NCBI GenBank assembly: GCA_049662025.1
Contig: JBATAV010000419.1
Coordinates: 1 to 45,639, forward strand
Reading direction: 5' to 3'
Length of the DNA: 45,639 nucleotides
Origin: Paracoccaceae bacterium
Lineage (GTDB): Bacteria; Pseudomonadota; Alphaproteobacteria; Rhodobacterales; Rhodobacteraceae
Within the stretch, counting starts at the first letter, position 1. The number at the start of each line of letters is the position of its first letter. The translations under genes and the position numbers were made by a program. Shown one piece after another: positions 27,661-37,675 of the stretch. The notes under the pieces are model-generated. The model was not told the origin of the DNA, did no database searches, and was given only the letters and a program-made list of their open reading frames with translations.

Positions 27661-29732
27661 GCGGCCACTTGCCCCAGCAAGGCAGGTCGAACCTCAAGCC
27701 CGATTTCCTCATAGGACAGAACCGGCGCCTGAATGCCTTTCGCCTGCACGACGGTTCGCAGAAACCGGCGTCTTGCAGCCGAGGTGACGAGCGCCGGATG
27801 GTTCCCGGTTTCGATGGCCCGGTTCAGCCGCTCGGCAATGCCGTTTGCCAGTTTGGCAAACAGGTCTGGCGGCAGGGCAACGTCGCGGTTGGTGCGGTCG
27901 CCGTCCATCTGGTGATTGGCGAAGGTCCGTTCCCAATCCGGCGCAAGCTGGATCAGGGGGATGGTGCCATCGGGACGCTTGAATTCGGCCACGATCTGAA
28001 AGCCAAGGCGTTGACGGACGTGTTCGCAAACCGCTTCGGCCCCGCCAAGCGACCTGGCCTCGGCAATGGATTCAAGGATCAGCGGCAGGTTGCGGATCGA
28101 CACACGCTCATCCAGGAGCATGCGGAGAACGGAATGCAGCAGGTCCATCGGCACTTTGTCGGGCACCAGGTCGTCCAGCAGCCTCCGGTTTGCTTCGGCC
28201 CGCGCCTGGTCGGAAAGGTTGGTGAATTCATCGAGAAGGCGTCGTAGGCCGCGCAGGGAAAGCAGCCGGGCGAGATTGTTTTTCAGGACTTCGAGAAGAT
28301 GCGTGGCAAGCACTTCGGCCGGGGACACCACGGTCAGCCCGGCGAGGGCCGCGTCTTCCTGAAGATCGGGGCGAATCCACCGGGCGGGAGCACCATAGAC
28401 CGGTTCTTTCACATCGTCGCCGTCCGGTGCCGGAATGCCGTCGGACAACAGAACCAGCACACGATCGGGCATCAGGCGGTCGCTGACACGTTCGACGCCC
28501 TGAATGCGGATTCGGTAGCTTCCGGAACGCAAGGCAGCTTCGTCGGTCAGTCGGATTTCGGGCAGGATCAAGCCATAACTCGCGGCGATGTGGTTGCGCA
28601 TGTTGGAGATGCGCCCGTCCAGGCCGGTGGCCGGATCAAGCGCCATCGCCACCAGATTCGGCGCAAATTCGATATGGATTTCGTCAAAGTCCAGAATGTC
28701 GCCGATCTGCCTGCGAACCGGCTGTTCTGCGGGCTTCTTGTCGTCTTCGGCCGCTCCGGGCTTGGCCTTTGCCCCCATCCATGCCGCAGAACCCAGCCCC
28801 ACTGCGGCCGCCATGAAGGGCAGAAAGGGCATGCCGGGCACAACGGCGAACAGCGCCATCAGGGCCGCGACCGTCGCCAAGGCAGCCGGGTAACGACCGA
28901 GTTGAGCAAAGAAGGAAACGTCCACCGCACCCTTTGCGCCGCCACGAGACAAAAGGAGTGCGGCAGCGACCGAAATGACAACGCCGGGGATTTGGCTGAC
29001 CAGGCCATCGCCGACGGTCAGGATGGAATAGGTCTGGAATGCGCGGCCAATATCCATTCCGTGCATGAAGATTCCGACCGCAAGCCCGACGATCAGGTTC
29101 AATGCCGTGATCAGAAGGCCCGCGACTGCATCGCCCTTCACGAATTTGGATGCACCATCAAGCGAGCCGAAGAAGTTCGTTTCCGCCAGCTCGATCTCGC
29201 GCCGACGCTTTGCCTCTTCGTGAGTGATGGCGCCTGCTGCCATGTCGCTGTCGATCGCAAGCTGACGACCAGGCATCCCGTCCAGCGCGAACCGGGCGCC
29301 GACTTCGGCCATGCGTCCGGCGCCCTTGGTGATCACGATGAAGTTGACGATCAACAGAACGATAAAGACCACGAGCCCGAGGACAAGGTTGCCGCCCATA
29401 ATGAAATCAGCAAAGCCCGCAATGACATGCCCGGCTGCGGAAGTTCCGGTGTGGCCCTGACCGATGATCAGCTTGGTTGACGATACGTTCAGCGACAACC
29501 GCAGCATCAGGGATGCGAGCAGGATCGTCGGGAAGGCGGAAAAATCCAGCGGGCGTTCGATGAACAGGGTAACGGTCAGCATCAGGATTGCCAGCGCGAA
29601 GGATAGAGCAAGGCCGATATCCAACACGGTTGACGGGACCGGAAGGATCATCATTCCGATCACGGCCATGAGGGCGAGGGCGAGAAGAACGGTGGGGCGG
29701 AAGATCTCTTGCATGGTCAGGCGGGGAGGCAA
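27657..29732 (-). CDS. flhA: Export gate protein FlhA
   Basis: FSAFPTILL, ITKGAGRMAEVGARFALDGMPGRQLAID, GASKFVKGDA, ERVSIRNL; the start may be ATG at 29714. Confidence 0.97.
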   Translation of the reverse strand: MPPRLTMQEIFRPTVLLALALMAVIGMMILPVPSTVLDIGLALSFALAILMLTVTLFIERPLDFSAFPTILLASLMLRLSLNVSSTKLIIGQGHTGTSAAGHVIAGFADFIMGGNLVLGLVVFIVLLIVNFIVITKGAGRMAEVGARFALDGMPGRQLAIDSDMAAGAITHEEAKRRREIELAETNFFGSLDGASKFVKGDAVAGLLITALNLIVGLAVGIFMHGMDIGRAFQTYSILTVGDGLVSQIPGVVISVAAALLLSRGGAKGAVDVSFFAQLGRYPAALATVAALMALFAVVPGMPFLPFMAAAVGLGSAAWMGAKAKPGAAEDDKKPAEQPVRRQIGDILDFDEIHIEFAPNLVAMALDPATGLDGRISNMRNHIAASYGLILPEIRLTDEAALRSGSYRIRIQGVERVSDRLMPDRVLVLLSDGIPAPDGDDVKEPVYGAPARWIRPDLQEDAALAGLTVVSPAEVLATHLLEVLKNNLARLLSLRGLRRLLDEFTNLSDQARAEANRRLLDDLVPDKVPMDLLHSVLRMLLDERVSIRNLPLILESIAEARSLGGAEAVCEHVRQRLGFQIVAEFKRPDGTIPLIQLAPDWERTFANHQMDGDRTNRDVALPPDLFAKLANGIAERLNRAIETGNHPALVTSAARRRFLRTVVQAKGIQAPVLSYEEIGLEVRPALLGQVAA

Positions 29733-29733
29733 A

Positions 29734-30423
29734 TCATGGCCCTCCGATCAGCGGGCGGGCGGTTGATACAAGCGGAACGATCGATCCGGCAGATCTCACG
29801 CCTCCGCCCTGGAAAAGCGGAAACGCGTTGGTGCGGACAGGTGTTCGGGCGGTCACGGCGGAAACTCTCTGGCCTTCCAGCGCAGCATAGATCGGCTCAA
29901 ACCGGGCGAGGTAGCGTTCCGCCACCTCCGGGGTGCCGGAATGATAGGCCCCGGCAGCGGCCACCCAGTCTTCACTGTCGCCCGCAAGTCTGCCAACCAG
30001 CCGCGCCGCATAAAGGGCGTTTTCAACCGGGTCCATCATCTCTTCCAGCGACGCGAAGGCCGACCCGTGCCACCGGTGATTCAATTGAAAACACCCCACA
30101 TCGATGTTGCTGACCCCCACCGCCAGTGCATCGGAAAGGTAGGTCAAGGCCTCATCTCTGGTTGCGAACCAATGGCTTTTGCCACCCTCATTCAACGCCC
30201 AGGGCCAGGCCTGCACCTGCCCATCTTGCGTGCGGCCAGTCTCGGTCAGCGTCAGGGCCATCAGGACCTTCAGCGGAACGCCGGTCTTGCGCGAAGCTTC
30301 CTCTGCCGCCTGGTAGCACAGGTTCGTCGTGGCCAAGACCGCGGAATTGCGCGATTGAACGGGCAGAGCGATGAGTTGAGCAACCATACTCAGGATGAAG
30401 GCAAGCATTCTGCTGCGGGTCAT
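29734..30423 (-). CDS. Lytic transglycosylase (SLT domain), flagellum-associated
   Basis: Signal peptide, catalytic ETG, DVGCFQLN, AGAYHS motifs; start uncertain. Confidence 0.88.
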   Translation of the reverse strand: MTRSRMLAFILSMVAQLIALPVQSRNSAVLATTNLCYQAAEEASRKTGVPLKVLMALTLTETGRTQDGQVQAWPWALNEGGKSHWFATRDEALTYLSDALAVGVSNIDVGCFQLNHRWHGSAFASLEEMMDPVENALYAARLVGRLAGDSEDWVAAAGAYHSGTPEVAERYLARFEPIYAALEGQRVSAVTARTPVRTNAFPLFQGGGVRSAGSIVPLVSTARPLIGGP

Positions 30424-30509
30424 GATGATTCCGAAAGGTCCGGCAGTTCCCCTACTGGCGACCTGCTTGGCCACCTTAAGGTCTGACGTGTTTCCAAAAG
30501 GTTACGGCG

Positions 30510-32699
30510 CTACTGACTGGGAGCAGGAGGGACGAGGCTGCCAAGCAGTGCTTCGATCTTGGCCCGCGCGGCGGCGCTTTCCTTGACCAATTCGGTTCCT
30601 CGGGCAATCGACCCCGGAGGCGACCCTTCGCCCTGCGCAGAAAGAAGACTCGCAGCGGCGCGCCAGCTTTCCGGGCCATCTGTCGCAACCAACGACCAAT
30701 CCTGCGTCCATGTCAGTGCCCGCTGACCGGCAGTTTCGTCCCCTGCCTGCCGCAACGCATCTGCCGCAGCCTTCATGTCGCCTAGCTGCGCGATCGCGGT
30801 GGCGCGCAACGTTTCTGCCTCCGGAGAAGTGATTCCGGCCAGAAGATCCACGACGGCAGGGGCATTGCGCAGCATGATATGTGCCTTCGCAGCCATGAGT
30901 CGGACGTCGTCGCCCTCTCCCGGCCCGACAGGACCCAGCCAGGACAGCGCAAGATCGGGAAACCCAAGGCCCATAAGACGCTCTGCGATATCGTGGCGCA
31001 CTGTCGCCTTCGTGGACGGGCGAGCCACCGCGTACCGTGCCGCCTCTTCCAGAAAGGAATCGTCGGGCATGGCAATCGCGGAAAGCGACCAAAGGTCCGA
31101 AAAGCTGTCGGGCGCCTGTTTGACTTCCGTGAAGGCTACATTAAAATCACCGGTCATTGCCGCTGCAAGGACCTTCGCCCGATGTAGGGCAGGAACCAGA
31201 TTGGAACCCTTCGCATCATGTAGGAATGCATCAAGAGCCAACGGCAATCCAGGATCAATTTGATGACTCCCCTGAAAGGCCGCCTCGACCAGCGTCACCG
31301 CTGCCTCGTCCGTAGCTGGACCAGAGTCGCGCATGACACCTTCGGCCAGGTGCGTTGCAGTGACTTCGTCACCCTCTGAAAGGTGGAAACGTGCATCCAT
31401 CAGTTCGACCTCCGGATTCCCTTCGACCGGCATTCGACGGATAGCGTCGCGGAGTTTTCTGGCCGTTTCATCATCTCCGGAGGCAATGAACATATCGACC
31501 AGGCCGCCGCCCAGGTGCTGACGCATCTGCGCTGGAAGGGCGGAAAAGCTGCGCGCCACCGCATCTGCATTGGTCGCGAGCGGAGGAACGCCATCACTGA
31601 GATGGGCAAGCGTGGCCCAAAGCGCGGCCGCCGAATCGCAGCTTTCCATGCCGTCAAAAGGATTGTCGACCGCTGTCTCTTCATCGACGATGAAGGACAT
31701 GGCGCCGAGCAGCCGGACTTCTTCCTTTCGATCGCCGTCAAGAAAGCCGAGGTATTGTCGTGCCTCGACTCCGAAGCCAAGGAAGATGTGGAACCGGACC
31801 GATCTCAGAACTGCGTCCGGCACCGGGGCATCGAATTCCGTCAGCATGCCGGACCGCGCCAGGCCGAACTGCGCCGGGATATCACCAGACAAGCCCCAGG
31901 ACGCAACATCAAGGTCCTTGTCGGTAAGGCAACTCTTTCCATCAGCCGCCATCTGACCGGCATGTTCGCGGTCATCGCCAGCCTTCAGGCCCGGCATCTC
32001 TCCGATGCTCACCCGCGACCAGGGTCCTTCATCAGAAGCGTTTCCATCGCCTGACGGCAGGCCGCCGTCGATGATCTCCACAACCCCCTGGGCGGCACCC
32101 TTGCTGATCTGTGCAAGAAGCGCATCGCGAAGCGGGTCGAGCGAGACTTCTCCTGTCGGCAAGGGCATGGGGACGGCGGCATCTTTGCCCTTCGACGCGG
32201 CGTTGCGTTGAAGGGCGATCCAGTCGTAGCCATCGCTCGAAGCAGATGGCGCAGCGTCCGTTTTACCGGAAGCAAGATCGGCAGGTTCGGGAGACGCTGG
32301 ATCAATAGGGCTCTCGAAGCCGGAGCCTTCTGGTGGCGGGCCGGATTTGATGTCGATCACCACAATTCCTGAACGGAATTCGAAGGCGATTGCATGGCAA
32401 GCACAGGCCAGCGAGAATCGTAGCCGACCGGTCTTCGGGTCACGCCACAGGGCGGTGATCCGGTCGCGCGGAATCTTTTCGAAGGCCTGCGTCACGTCGA
32501 AGGCGGTGACTGCATTGCCAAATTCAAGTTCGTAACCGTCGACGGCACGTCCGAAGCGCCAGTTCCCGATATCGCGGGCCTCGACCACCAATCGGGTGAA
32601 ATCCTTGTGCTCGCCGCCGGTAACCTTTGCAACCTCTGCCGAAACCGGCAAAGCGGCGAACAAGATGCAGGCCAGGGCGAGAATTCGAAAACGCATCAA
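30510..32699 (-). CDS. Large exported hypothetical protein with a helical-repeat C-terminal half
   Basis: Signal peptide (..VSA-E), GGEHKDFTRLVV, Ala/Leu-rich helical C-terminal half; overlaps the motA stop. Confidence 0.8.
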   Translation of the reverse strand: MMRFRILALACILFAALPVSAEVAKVTGGEHKDFTRLVVEARDIGNWRFGRAVDGYELEFGNAVTAFDVTQAFEKIPRDRITALWRDPKTGRLRFSLACACHAIAFEFRSGIVVIDIKSGPPPEGSGFESPIDPASPEPADLASGKTDAAPSASSDGYDWIALQRNAASKGKDAAVPMPLPTGEVSLDPLRDALLAQISKGAAQGVVEIIDGGLPSGDGNASDEGPWSRVSIGEMPGLKAGDDREHAGQMAADGKSCLTDKDLDVASWGLSGDIPAQFGLARSGMLTEFDAPVPDAVLRSVRFHIFLGFGVEARQYLGFLDGDRKEEVRLLGAMSFIVDEETAVDNPFDGMESCDSAAALWATLAHLSDGVPPLATNADAVARSFSALPAQMRQHLGGGLVDMFIASGDDETARKLRDAIRRMPVEGNPEVELMDARFHLSEGDEVTATHLAEGVMRDSGPATDEAAVTLVEAAFQGSHQIDPGLPLALDAFLHDAKGSNLVPALHRAKVLAAAMTGDFNVAFTEVKQAPDSFSDLWSLSAIAMPDDSFLEEAARYAVARPSTKATVRHDIAERLMGLGFPDLALSWLGPVGPGEGDDVRLMAAKAHIMLRNAPAVVDLLAGITSPEAETLRATAIAQLGDMKAAADALRQAGDETAGQRALTWTQDWSLVATDGPESWRAAASLLSAQGEGSPPGSIARGTELVKESAAARAKIEALLGSLVPPAPSQ

Positions 32700-33565
32700 G
32701 CGGCGTCCTGCTTCAACGCACGCAGCGCTTCTTCCAGATCGCTGAACCCGGGGCGAACGTGATGTGGAGTGTTCTGGCGTCCGACTTCGATGCAGATGTT
32801 CGCAGGGTGACGGTGCAGGTTGGCGACCAGAACTTCGCGGATCAGTTGGTAAAAATGCGCATCATCTTCGACCACCTGTTTTACCCTTGCCGCAAAGGGG
32901 CCCATCAGGCCGTAGGCGAGAAATACCCCCAGGAATGTCCCGACCAGTGCCGATCCGATCATGGCGCCCAGCACCTCGGGAGGCTGGTCGATCGAGCCCA
33001 TTGTCTTGATTACACCCAGCACGGCGGCCACAATGCCCAGGGCGGGCAAACCATCGGCCATCGACTGCATCGCGTGGCTGGAGTGCATCGCGTGGTGCAA
33101 ATGCGCTTCCATCCGTTTGTCCAGCACCTCTTCGACCTGATGCGGGTCGTCATAGTTCATCGACGCTGCGCGCAGGGTATCGCAGATCAGGTCCACAGCG
33201 TCGTGGTCGTGCTGGATCCGGGAATACTTGCCAAAGATCGATGAAGCGCCCGGATTCTCGACGTGTTCTTCAAGGCCAACCGGGTTCGATTTCGCAAGCC
33301 GGACCAGTTCGAACAACAGGCAAAGAAGCTCCCTGTAGTCGGCCGGTTTCCACTTGGAGCCCTTGAACACCTTGCCGATGTCCTTGACCGTATGCTTGAT
33401 AGACGCAAGATCGTTCGAGATCAGGAAGGCCCCGACCGCCGCGCCGCCGATCATGATGATCTCGAACGGCAGCGCCTCCAAGATTGGCCCCATGCTGCCA
33501 CCGTGGACAATATAGCCCCCGAAAACCATGACCAGAATGACGACGATCCCGATTATGCCGAACAT
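32696..33565 (-). CDS. motA: Flagellar motor stator MotA
   Basis: MADGLPALGIVAAVLGVIKTM, IGSALVGTFLGVFLAYG, EVGRQ. Confidence 0.96.
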   Translation of the reverse strand: MFGIIGIVVILVMVFGGYIVHGGSMGPILEALPFEIIMIGGAAVGAFLISNDLASIKHTVKDIGKVFKGSKWKPADYRELLCLLFELVRLAKSNPVGLEEHVENPGASSIFGKYSRIQHDHDAVDLICDTLRAASMNYDDPHQVEEVLDKRMEAHLHHAMHSSHAMQSMADGLPALGIVAAVLGVIKTMGSIDQPPEVLGAMIGSALVGTFLGVFLAYGLMGPFAARVKQVVEDDAHFYQLIREVLVANLHRHPANICIEVGRQNTPHHVRPGFSDLEEALRALKQDAA

Positions 33566-33628
33566 TTTCCCCGCCCTATTCCTTGAGTTGTCGGGATTGT
33601 CGCCCCGTGCGGTTAAGAAGTTCCGAAG

Positions 33629-34219
33629 TCACTCTTTCGGCACGGAAGCGTTGCGCCCGGCCAGGATCGCGGTGACTGCATAGGCTTTTTCCGGCGCCAT
33701 GCCGGCCATGACGGCCGCCGCAGCATCGGGACGCATACGGCCAAGGAAACCGGCGACAAAATCAGGTTCCATTGCGTCAAACAGCCGTGAGGCATCCTTG
33801 GGCTTCATGGTTTCGTAGACTGCCACCAGGCGGGCGATGTCTGCTTCCGCCGCCCCATCGGCAAGCGCCAGAGTCTTGCGCATCGCTTCCTCGGCGGCCT
33901 GAAGTTCCGCCAAGCGACCGGTAATTGCTTCATCTGCCAGGGCGAGAGCCGCCTCCCGATCCGCGACAGCCGCTTCTTGCGCTGCAAGGCGCCCTTCGCG
34001 CTCGGACAGTGCTGCAGCCAGGGCGGCGGGAGGGGCAGGACAGTCGCCTGCAGGGCCTGCAGCCTCCGCAATGCCAGCGGGCGTTTCTTGGGGTGCGTGC
34101 GCCTCTTTCGACGCTTCGGCCAAAGCCGAACCCAGGCCGTCGCCGAGACGAAGCGCCCCGGATGCGGCGAAAAGGATGGCAATGATGACCAGCGCGCCGC
34201 GGCTGCTCTTGCGTTTCAC
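33629..34219 (-). CDS. MotE-family protein
   Basis: Coiled coil followed by LVAVYETMKPKDASRLF..M...AAAVMAGMAPEKA. Confidence 0.8.
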   Translation of the reverse strand: MKRKSSRGALVIIAILFAASGALRLGDGLGSALAEASKEAHAPQETPAGIAEAAGPAGDCPAPPAALAAALSEREGRLAAQEAAVADREAALALADEAITGRLAELQAAEEAMRKTLALADGAAEADIARLVAVYETMKPKDASRLFDAMEPDFVAGFLGRMRPDAAAAVMAGMAPEKAYAVTAILAGRNASVPKE

Positions 34220-34602
34220 TCTTCATACTCCTGACTGTTACGATTCGCACGCCGCCGGACGAAGCGCAGCCTTCGGGCTTCATCCTCTGGTTCGGGATCG
34301 GGGGGTAAGGGCCTTGGCTCCGGCAGGTCGTGCAGCGAGGCCATGAGCAATTCCAGCCTGCGGGCAAGCGCCTCGGCCTTCCCGGTCAGACCTTCCAGAT
34401 TCTTCTCCGACGAAGTGGCCACCCCGCGCGCCTTTTCTAACGCCCGCGTCATGTCGTCGACCTGCGCGGATAGCACGGCGATTGCGCCCCCCATGCCGGT
34501 TTCCAGGGTCGTGAACTTGCGTAGCCTTGCGGCAAGGACAAGGCAGTAGATCGACGCCCCTACCGTTGCCGCGATCATCATCATGTCGGCGATAAGTTGC
34601 AC
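34216..34602 (-). CDS. Hypothetical protein (N-terminal TM plus coiled coil)
   Basis: YCLVLAARLRKF..LETGMGGAIAVLSAQVDDM; coupled to neighbours. Confidence 0.75.
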   Translation of the reverse strand: MQLIADMMMIAATVGASIYCLVLAARLRKFTTLETGMGGAIAVLSAQVDDMTRALEKARGVATSSEKNLEGLTGKAEALARRLELLMASLHDLPEPRPLPPDPEPEDEARRLRFVRRRANRNSQEYEE

Positions 34603-34612
34603 CGTTGCCTCC

Positions 34613-35098
34613 TCAGTTCAGCACGAATTCGGTGACAAGCAGGTCGCGCACCCTGCCCTCGCCCGTGACAATCTGCACGCGGCGCAACATCTGCGCCCGC
34701 AGCTTTGCCATGGCCGAGGGGTCTTCAAGATCGGCCACCGCTACGGCACGCAGATAGCTGTTCAGCACATCCAGAATGCGCGGCATCAGAATCGCGACCT
34801 CATCCGCATAGGCCTTGGCAACTTCCAGCTGTGCGGTGAACCGCAGATGCTTGCTTGACGACCCCGGACCAAGCGAGACGACAACCGGCTCGATCGGAAC
34901 AAAGGCAATGTCGGGAAGCGGATCTGGTGCCTTTTCGGCGGCGTGCTCTTGGGAATGGTTCCCCAGGATCATCCCTGACCAAGTTGCGTAGAACCCGCCA
35001 CCGCCCATCGTCAGCGCCAACAACAGGCCGACGATCAACGGTATCTTCGATTTCTTCTTCGTCGGTTCCGCATCCTGCGGCGCGTCAGCCTCTGCCAA
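34613..35098 (-). CDS. fliL: Flagellar basal-body protein FliL
   Basis: KKKSK plus TM, PRILDVLNSYLR, LRAQMLRRV, VRDLLVTEFVLN; likely TTG start after GGAGG. Confidence 0.9.
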   Translation of the reverse strand: MAEADAPQDAEPTKKKSKIPLIVGLLLALTMGGGGFYATWSGMILGNHSQEHAAEKAPDPLPDIAFVPIEPVVVSLGPGSSSKHLRFTAQLEVAKAYADEVAILMPRILDVLNSYLRAVAVADLEDPSAMAKLRAQMLRRVQIVTGEGRVRDLLVTEFVLN

Positions 35099-35142
35099 GG
35101 CAGCCTCCATCACATTGCAGAACAAAAATAGATCAAAGGTCA

Positions 35143-35157
35143 CTAACCGATTGTTAA
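35143..35157. promoter_or_regulatory. CtrA-like box in the fliL/fliF divergent region
   Basis: CTAA-CCGATTG-TTAA (1 mismatch). Confidence 0.65.
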
Positions 35158-35209
35158 GCGCGATCATTCAAAGCTTCCCGTCATGGGAGAACCCCTGCGG
35201 AGTGGAATT

Positions 35210-36811
35210 GTGCAGAACCTGATCTCCATCTGGTCGGCGCTGAATTTGCGGAAGAAAGCCATTGTTCTTGGCGCCACGGTGGCCATGTTTCTGGCCGTCC
35301 TCGGCCTTGCGCGCTTGGCCAGCAACCCAGAAATGGTTCTGCTTTACGCAGGGCTGGAGGCGGGAACCGCCGGTCAGATCGTGACCGCGCTGGATCAGCG
35401 CGCTGTGGCCTACGAGGTGCGGGGTGATTCGATCTATGTCGACATCAATGCCCGAGACAGCTTGCGTATGTCGCTCGCCGCGGAAGGCCTGCCGGCAGCC
35501 GGTGGTGCGGGGTATGAGCTGCTTGATTCGCTGACCGGCTTCGGTACCACATCGCAGATGTTCGATGCCGCCTATTGGCGTGCCAAGGAAGGAGAGCTGG
35601 CCCGTACCATTCTGGCCGTTCCGGAAGTGAAGTCAGCGCGCGTCCACATCTCGCAGGCGCCCACTGGCCCGTTCCGCCATGACGTAACCCCAACGGCCAG
35701 CGTGACCGTCACTACCTCCTCCGGATCGCTGTCAGAGGGCCAGGCACGGGCGCTGAAGCATCTTCTGGCAAGTGCTGTTGCGGGAATGCGGCCCGAAGAC
35801 GTTCAGGTCATCGACGCGGTTGGCGGCCTGATCGCCACCAATGAAGATGTCGATGGGACCGGAGCAGGTGGGTCGGACCGCGCTGCCGAGGTTCGCCGAA
35901 ACGTCGAGCGGTTGCTGGAGGCGCGCGTCGGCGTCGGCAAGGCCGTTGTCGAAGTGTCGGTCGAGATGGTCACCGAGCGCGAACAGATCACCGAACGCAA
36001 GTTCGACCCGCAGGGCCGGGTGGCAATCTCGACCGAGACAGAAGAGAAAAGCGAAACCGCCACCAAGCCGGGTGGCAATGTCACAGTTGCCTCGAACCTG
36101 CCCGAAGGCGATGCGGGGGCAGGTGGCAACGGCAAGTCACAGTCCAGCGGAACGAAAGAGCGGGTAAACTACGAGGTGTCGGAAACCCAACGCGAACTGT
36201 TGCGCGGCCCTGGCGCAATTCGTCGAATGACCGTTGCGGTTCTTGTCGACGGTGAGGTGGTGACGGCACAGGACGGAACCACGACCTGGCAACCGCGCAC
36301 CGACGCGGAGCTCGCAACCTTGAAGGAGCTGGTCGCCTCGGCCGTTGGCCTTGATGAGGCGCGCGGTGATGTTCTGGCTCTGAAATCGCTTCAATTCACT
36401 CCTGTGGCCACACTCGGCACCGAAGCGCAGGCCAGCCTCTTGCCGCCGATTGGCCCGATCAACCTGATGTCTGCGATACAGATCGCCGCGCTGGGGCTGG
36501 TAGCCATCATCCTGGGACTGTTTGTGGTGCGGCCGATTCTGGCTTCGGGTCGCGCCGCGAAGGCTGCCCTGCCGGGGGCTGGCGAACCGCTGGCATTGCC
36601 TGGTTCGATGGGTAGCGGCGCCTTGACCGGCGAAATTGATGACGGCTTCTCACTGCCTGATCTCCCGATGGTCGACCTCATGGGCGGCGGCATGGACAAT
36701 CAGGTCGCTGACAACCCTGCCACCCGCCTGCGCCGGCTGATCGAGGAACGACAGGCGGAATCGATCGAGATTCTGCGTGGATGGCTGGAGCATGAAGAGG
36801 AGCGCGCCTGA
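35210..36811 (+). CDS. fliF: MS-ring protein FliF
   Basis: GYELLD..GFGTTS, RAKEGELARTI, ARVHI, NYEVS, ASAVGLD..RGD; probable GTG start at 35210. Confidence 0.96.
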   Translation: MQNLISIWSALNLRKKAIVLGATVAMFLAVLGLARLASNPEMVLLYAGLEAGTAGQIVTALDQRAVAYEVRGDSIYVDINARDSLRMSLAAEGLPAAGGAGYELLDSLTGFGTTSQMFDAAYWRAKEGELARTILAVPEVKSARVHISQAPTGPFRHDVTPTASVTVTTSSGSLSEGQARALKHLLASAVAGMRPEDVQVIDAVGGLIATNEDVDGTGAGGSDRAAEVRRNVERLLEARVGVGKAVVEVSVEMVTEREQITERKFDPQGRVAISTETEEKSETATKPGGNVTVASNLPEGDAGAGGNGKSQSSGTKERVNYEVSETQRELLRGPGAIRRMTVAVLVDGEVVTAQDGTTTWQPRTDAELATLKELVASAVGLDEARGDVLALKSLQFTPVATLGTEAQASLLPPIGPINLMSAIQIAALGLVAIILGLFVVRPILASGRAAKAALPGAGEPLALPGSMGSGALTGEIDDGFSLPDLPMVDLMGGGMDNQVADNPATRLRRLIEERQAESIEILRGWLEHEEERA

Positions 36812-37413
36812 TGCCGATGCCCCAACTGGAAGTGTTCGACGCGGACCCTTCGGCCAGACAACCCTCCGGCATGGTGGTAACGCAGCTTGGCGCGATCGAG
36901 GAGGCCAAACTTGCAGCATACGAACAGGGCTACAAGGCGGGTTGGGACGACGCCGCTGCCGCACAATCCGAAGATCAGAACCGGATTCGCGCCGATCTTG
37001 CGCGGAGTCTGCAGCAGCTTTCATTCACCTATCAGGAAGCTCGGTCTCATATCCTGAAGGCGATCGAGCCGCTTCTGGAAGAAATGGTCAACCGCCTGCT
37101 GCCGGAAACGGCACGTGAGACCCTTGCGCCGCTGGTGCTGGAACAGGTGATGCCGATGGCGGAAGAACTGACCGATCAGCCCGTGGTGCTGGTTCTGAAC
37201 CCCGCGGTTCGTGCCGCAGTCGAGACCTTGATCGAGCAGGCAACTGGTCTGCCGATGAGCATCGAGGAAGAGCCGACTCTGCCCGAGGGCCAGGTCTACA
37301 TCCGCCTCGGCGGCACCGAGGCCAAGGTAGACCTGACCCGGGTTACCGCCGATATCGCCGCGGCCGTACGCGGCTTCTTCAGTCTGTCCGAGGAGACCGA
37401 CCAAAATGGATGA
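36811..37413 (+). CDS. fliH: FliH-like export protein
   Basis: AYEQGYKAGW (GxxxG) repeat; between fliF and fliN. Confidence 0.78.
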   Translation: MPMPQLEVFDADPSARQPSGMVVTQLGAIEEAKLAAYEQGYKAGWDDAAAAQSEDQNRIRADLARSLQQLSFTYQEARSHILKAIEPLLEEMVNRLLPETARETLAPLVLEQVMPMAEELTDQPVVLVLNPAVRAAVETLIEQATGLPMSIEEEPTLPEGQVYIRLGGTEAKVDLTRVTADIAAAVRGFFSLSEETDQNG

Positions 37414-37675
37414 TTCCACCGACAATAACCCCTTCAGCCAGGTCCCGATCGAGATCACGATTTCGGTCGGAAAGGCGCGTCCGCTCATCAAGGACCTGCT
37501 GCGCCTCAGCCGCGATGCCATCCTGCCGCTTGACCGGCGGGTTGACGATCCGGTGGAGCTTTATGTTGGCGACCGGTTGATCGCCCGAGGCGAGTTGACC
37601 GAACTGGAAGGCGATATGGCGGGTCAGTTGGGCGTGCGGCTGACCGAAGTTGCCAATCTGCGGGGCGGATTGTGA
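37406..37675 (+). CDS. fliN: Motor switch protein FliN (SpoA domain)
   Basis: VPIEITISVG...LDRRVDDPVELYV...IARGEL. Confidence 0.9.
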   Translation: MDDSTDNNPFSQVPIEITISVGKARPLIKDLLRLSRDAILPLDRRVDDPVELYVGDRLIARGELTELEGDMAGQLGVRLTEVANLRGGL

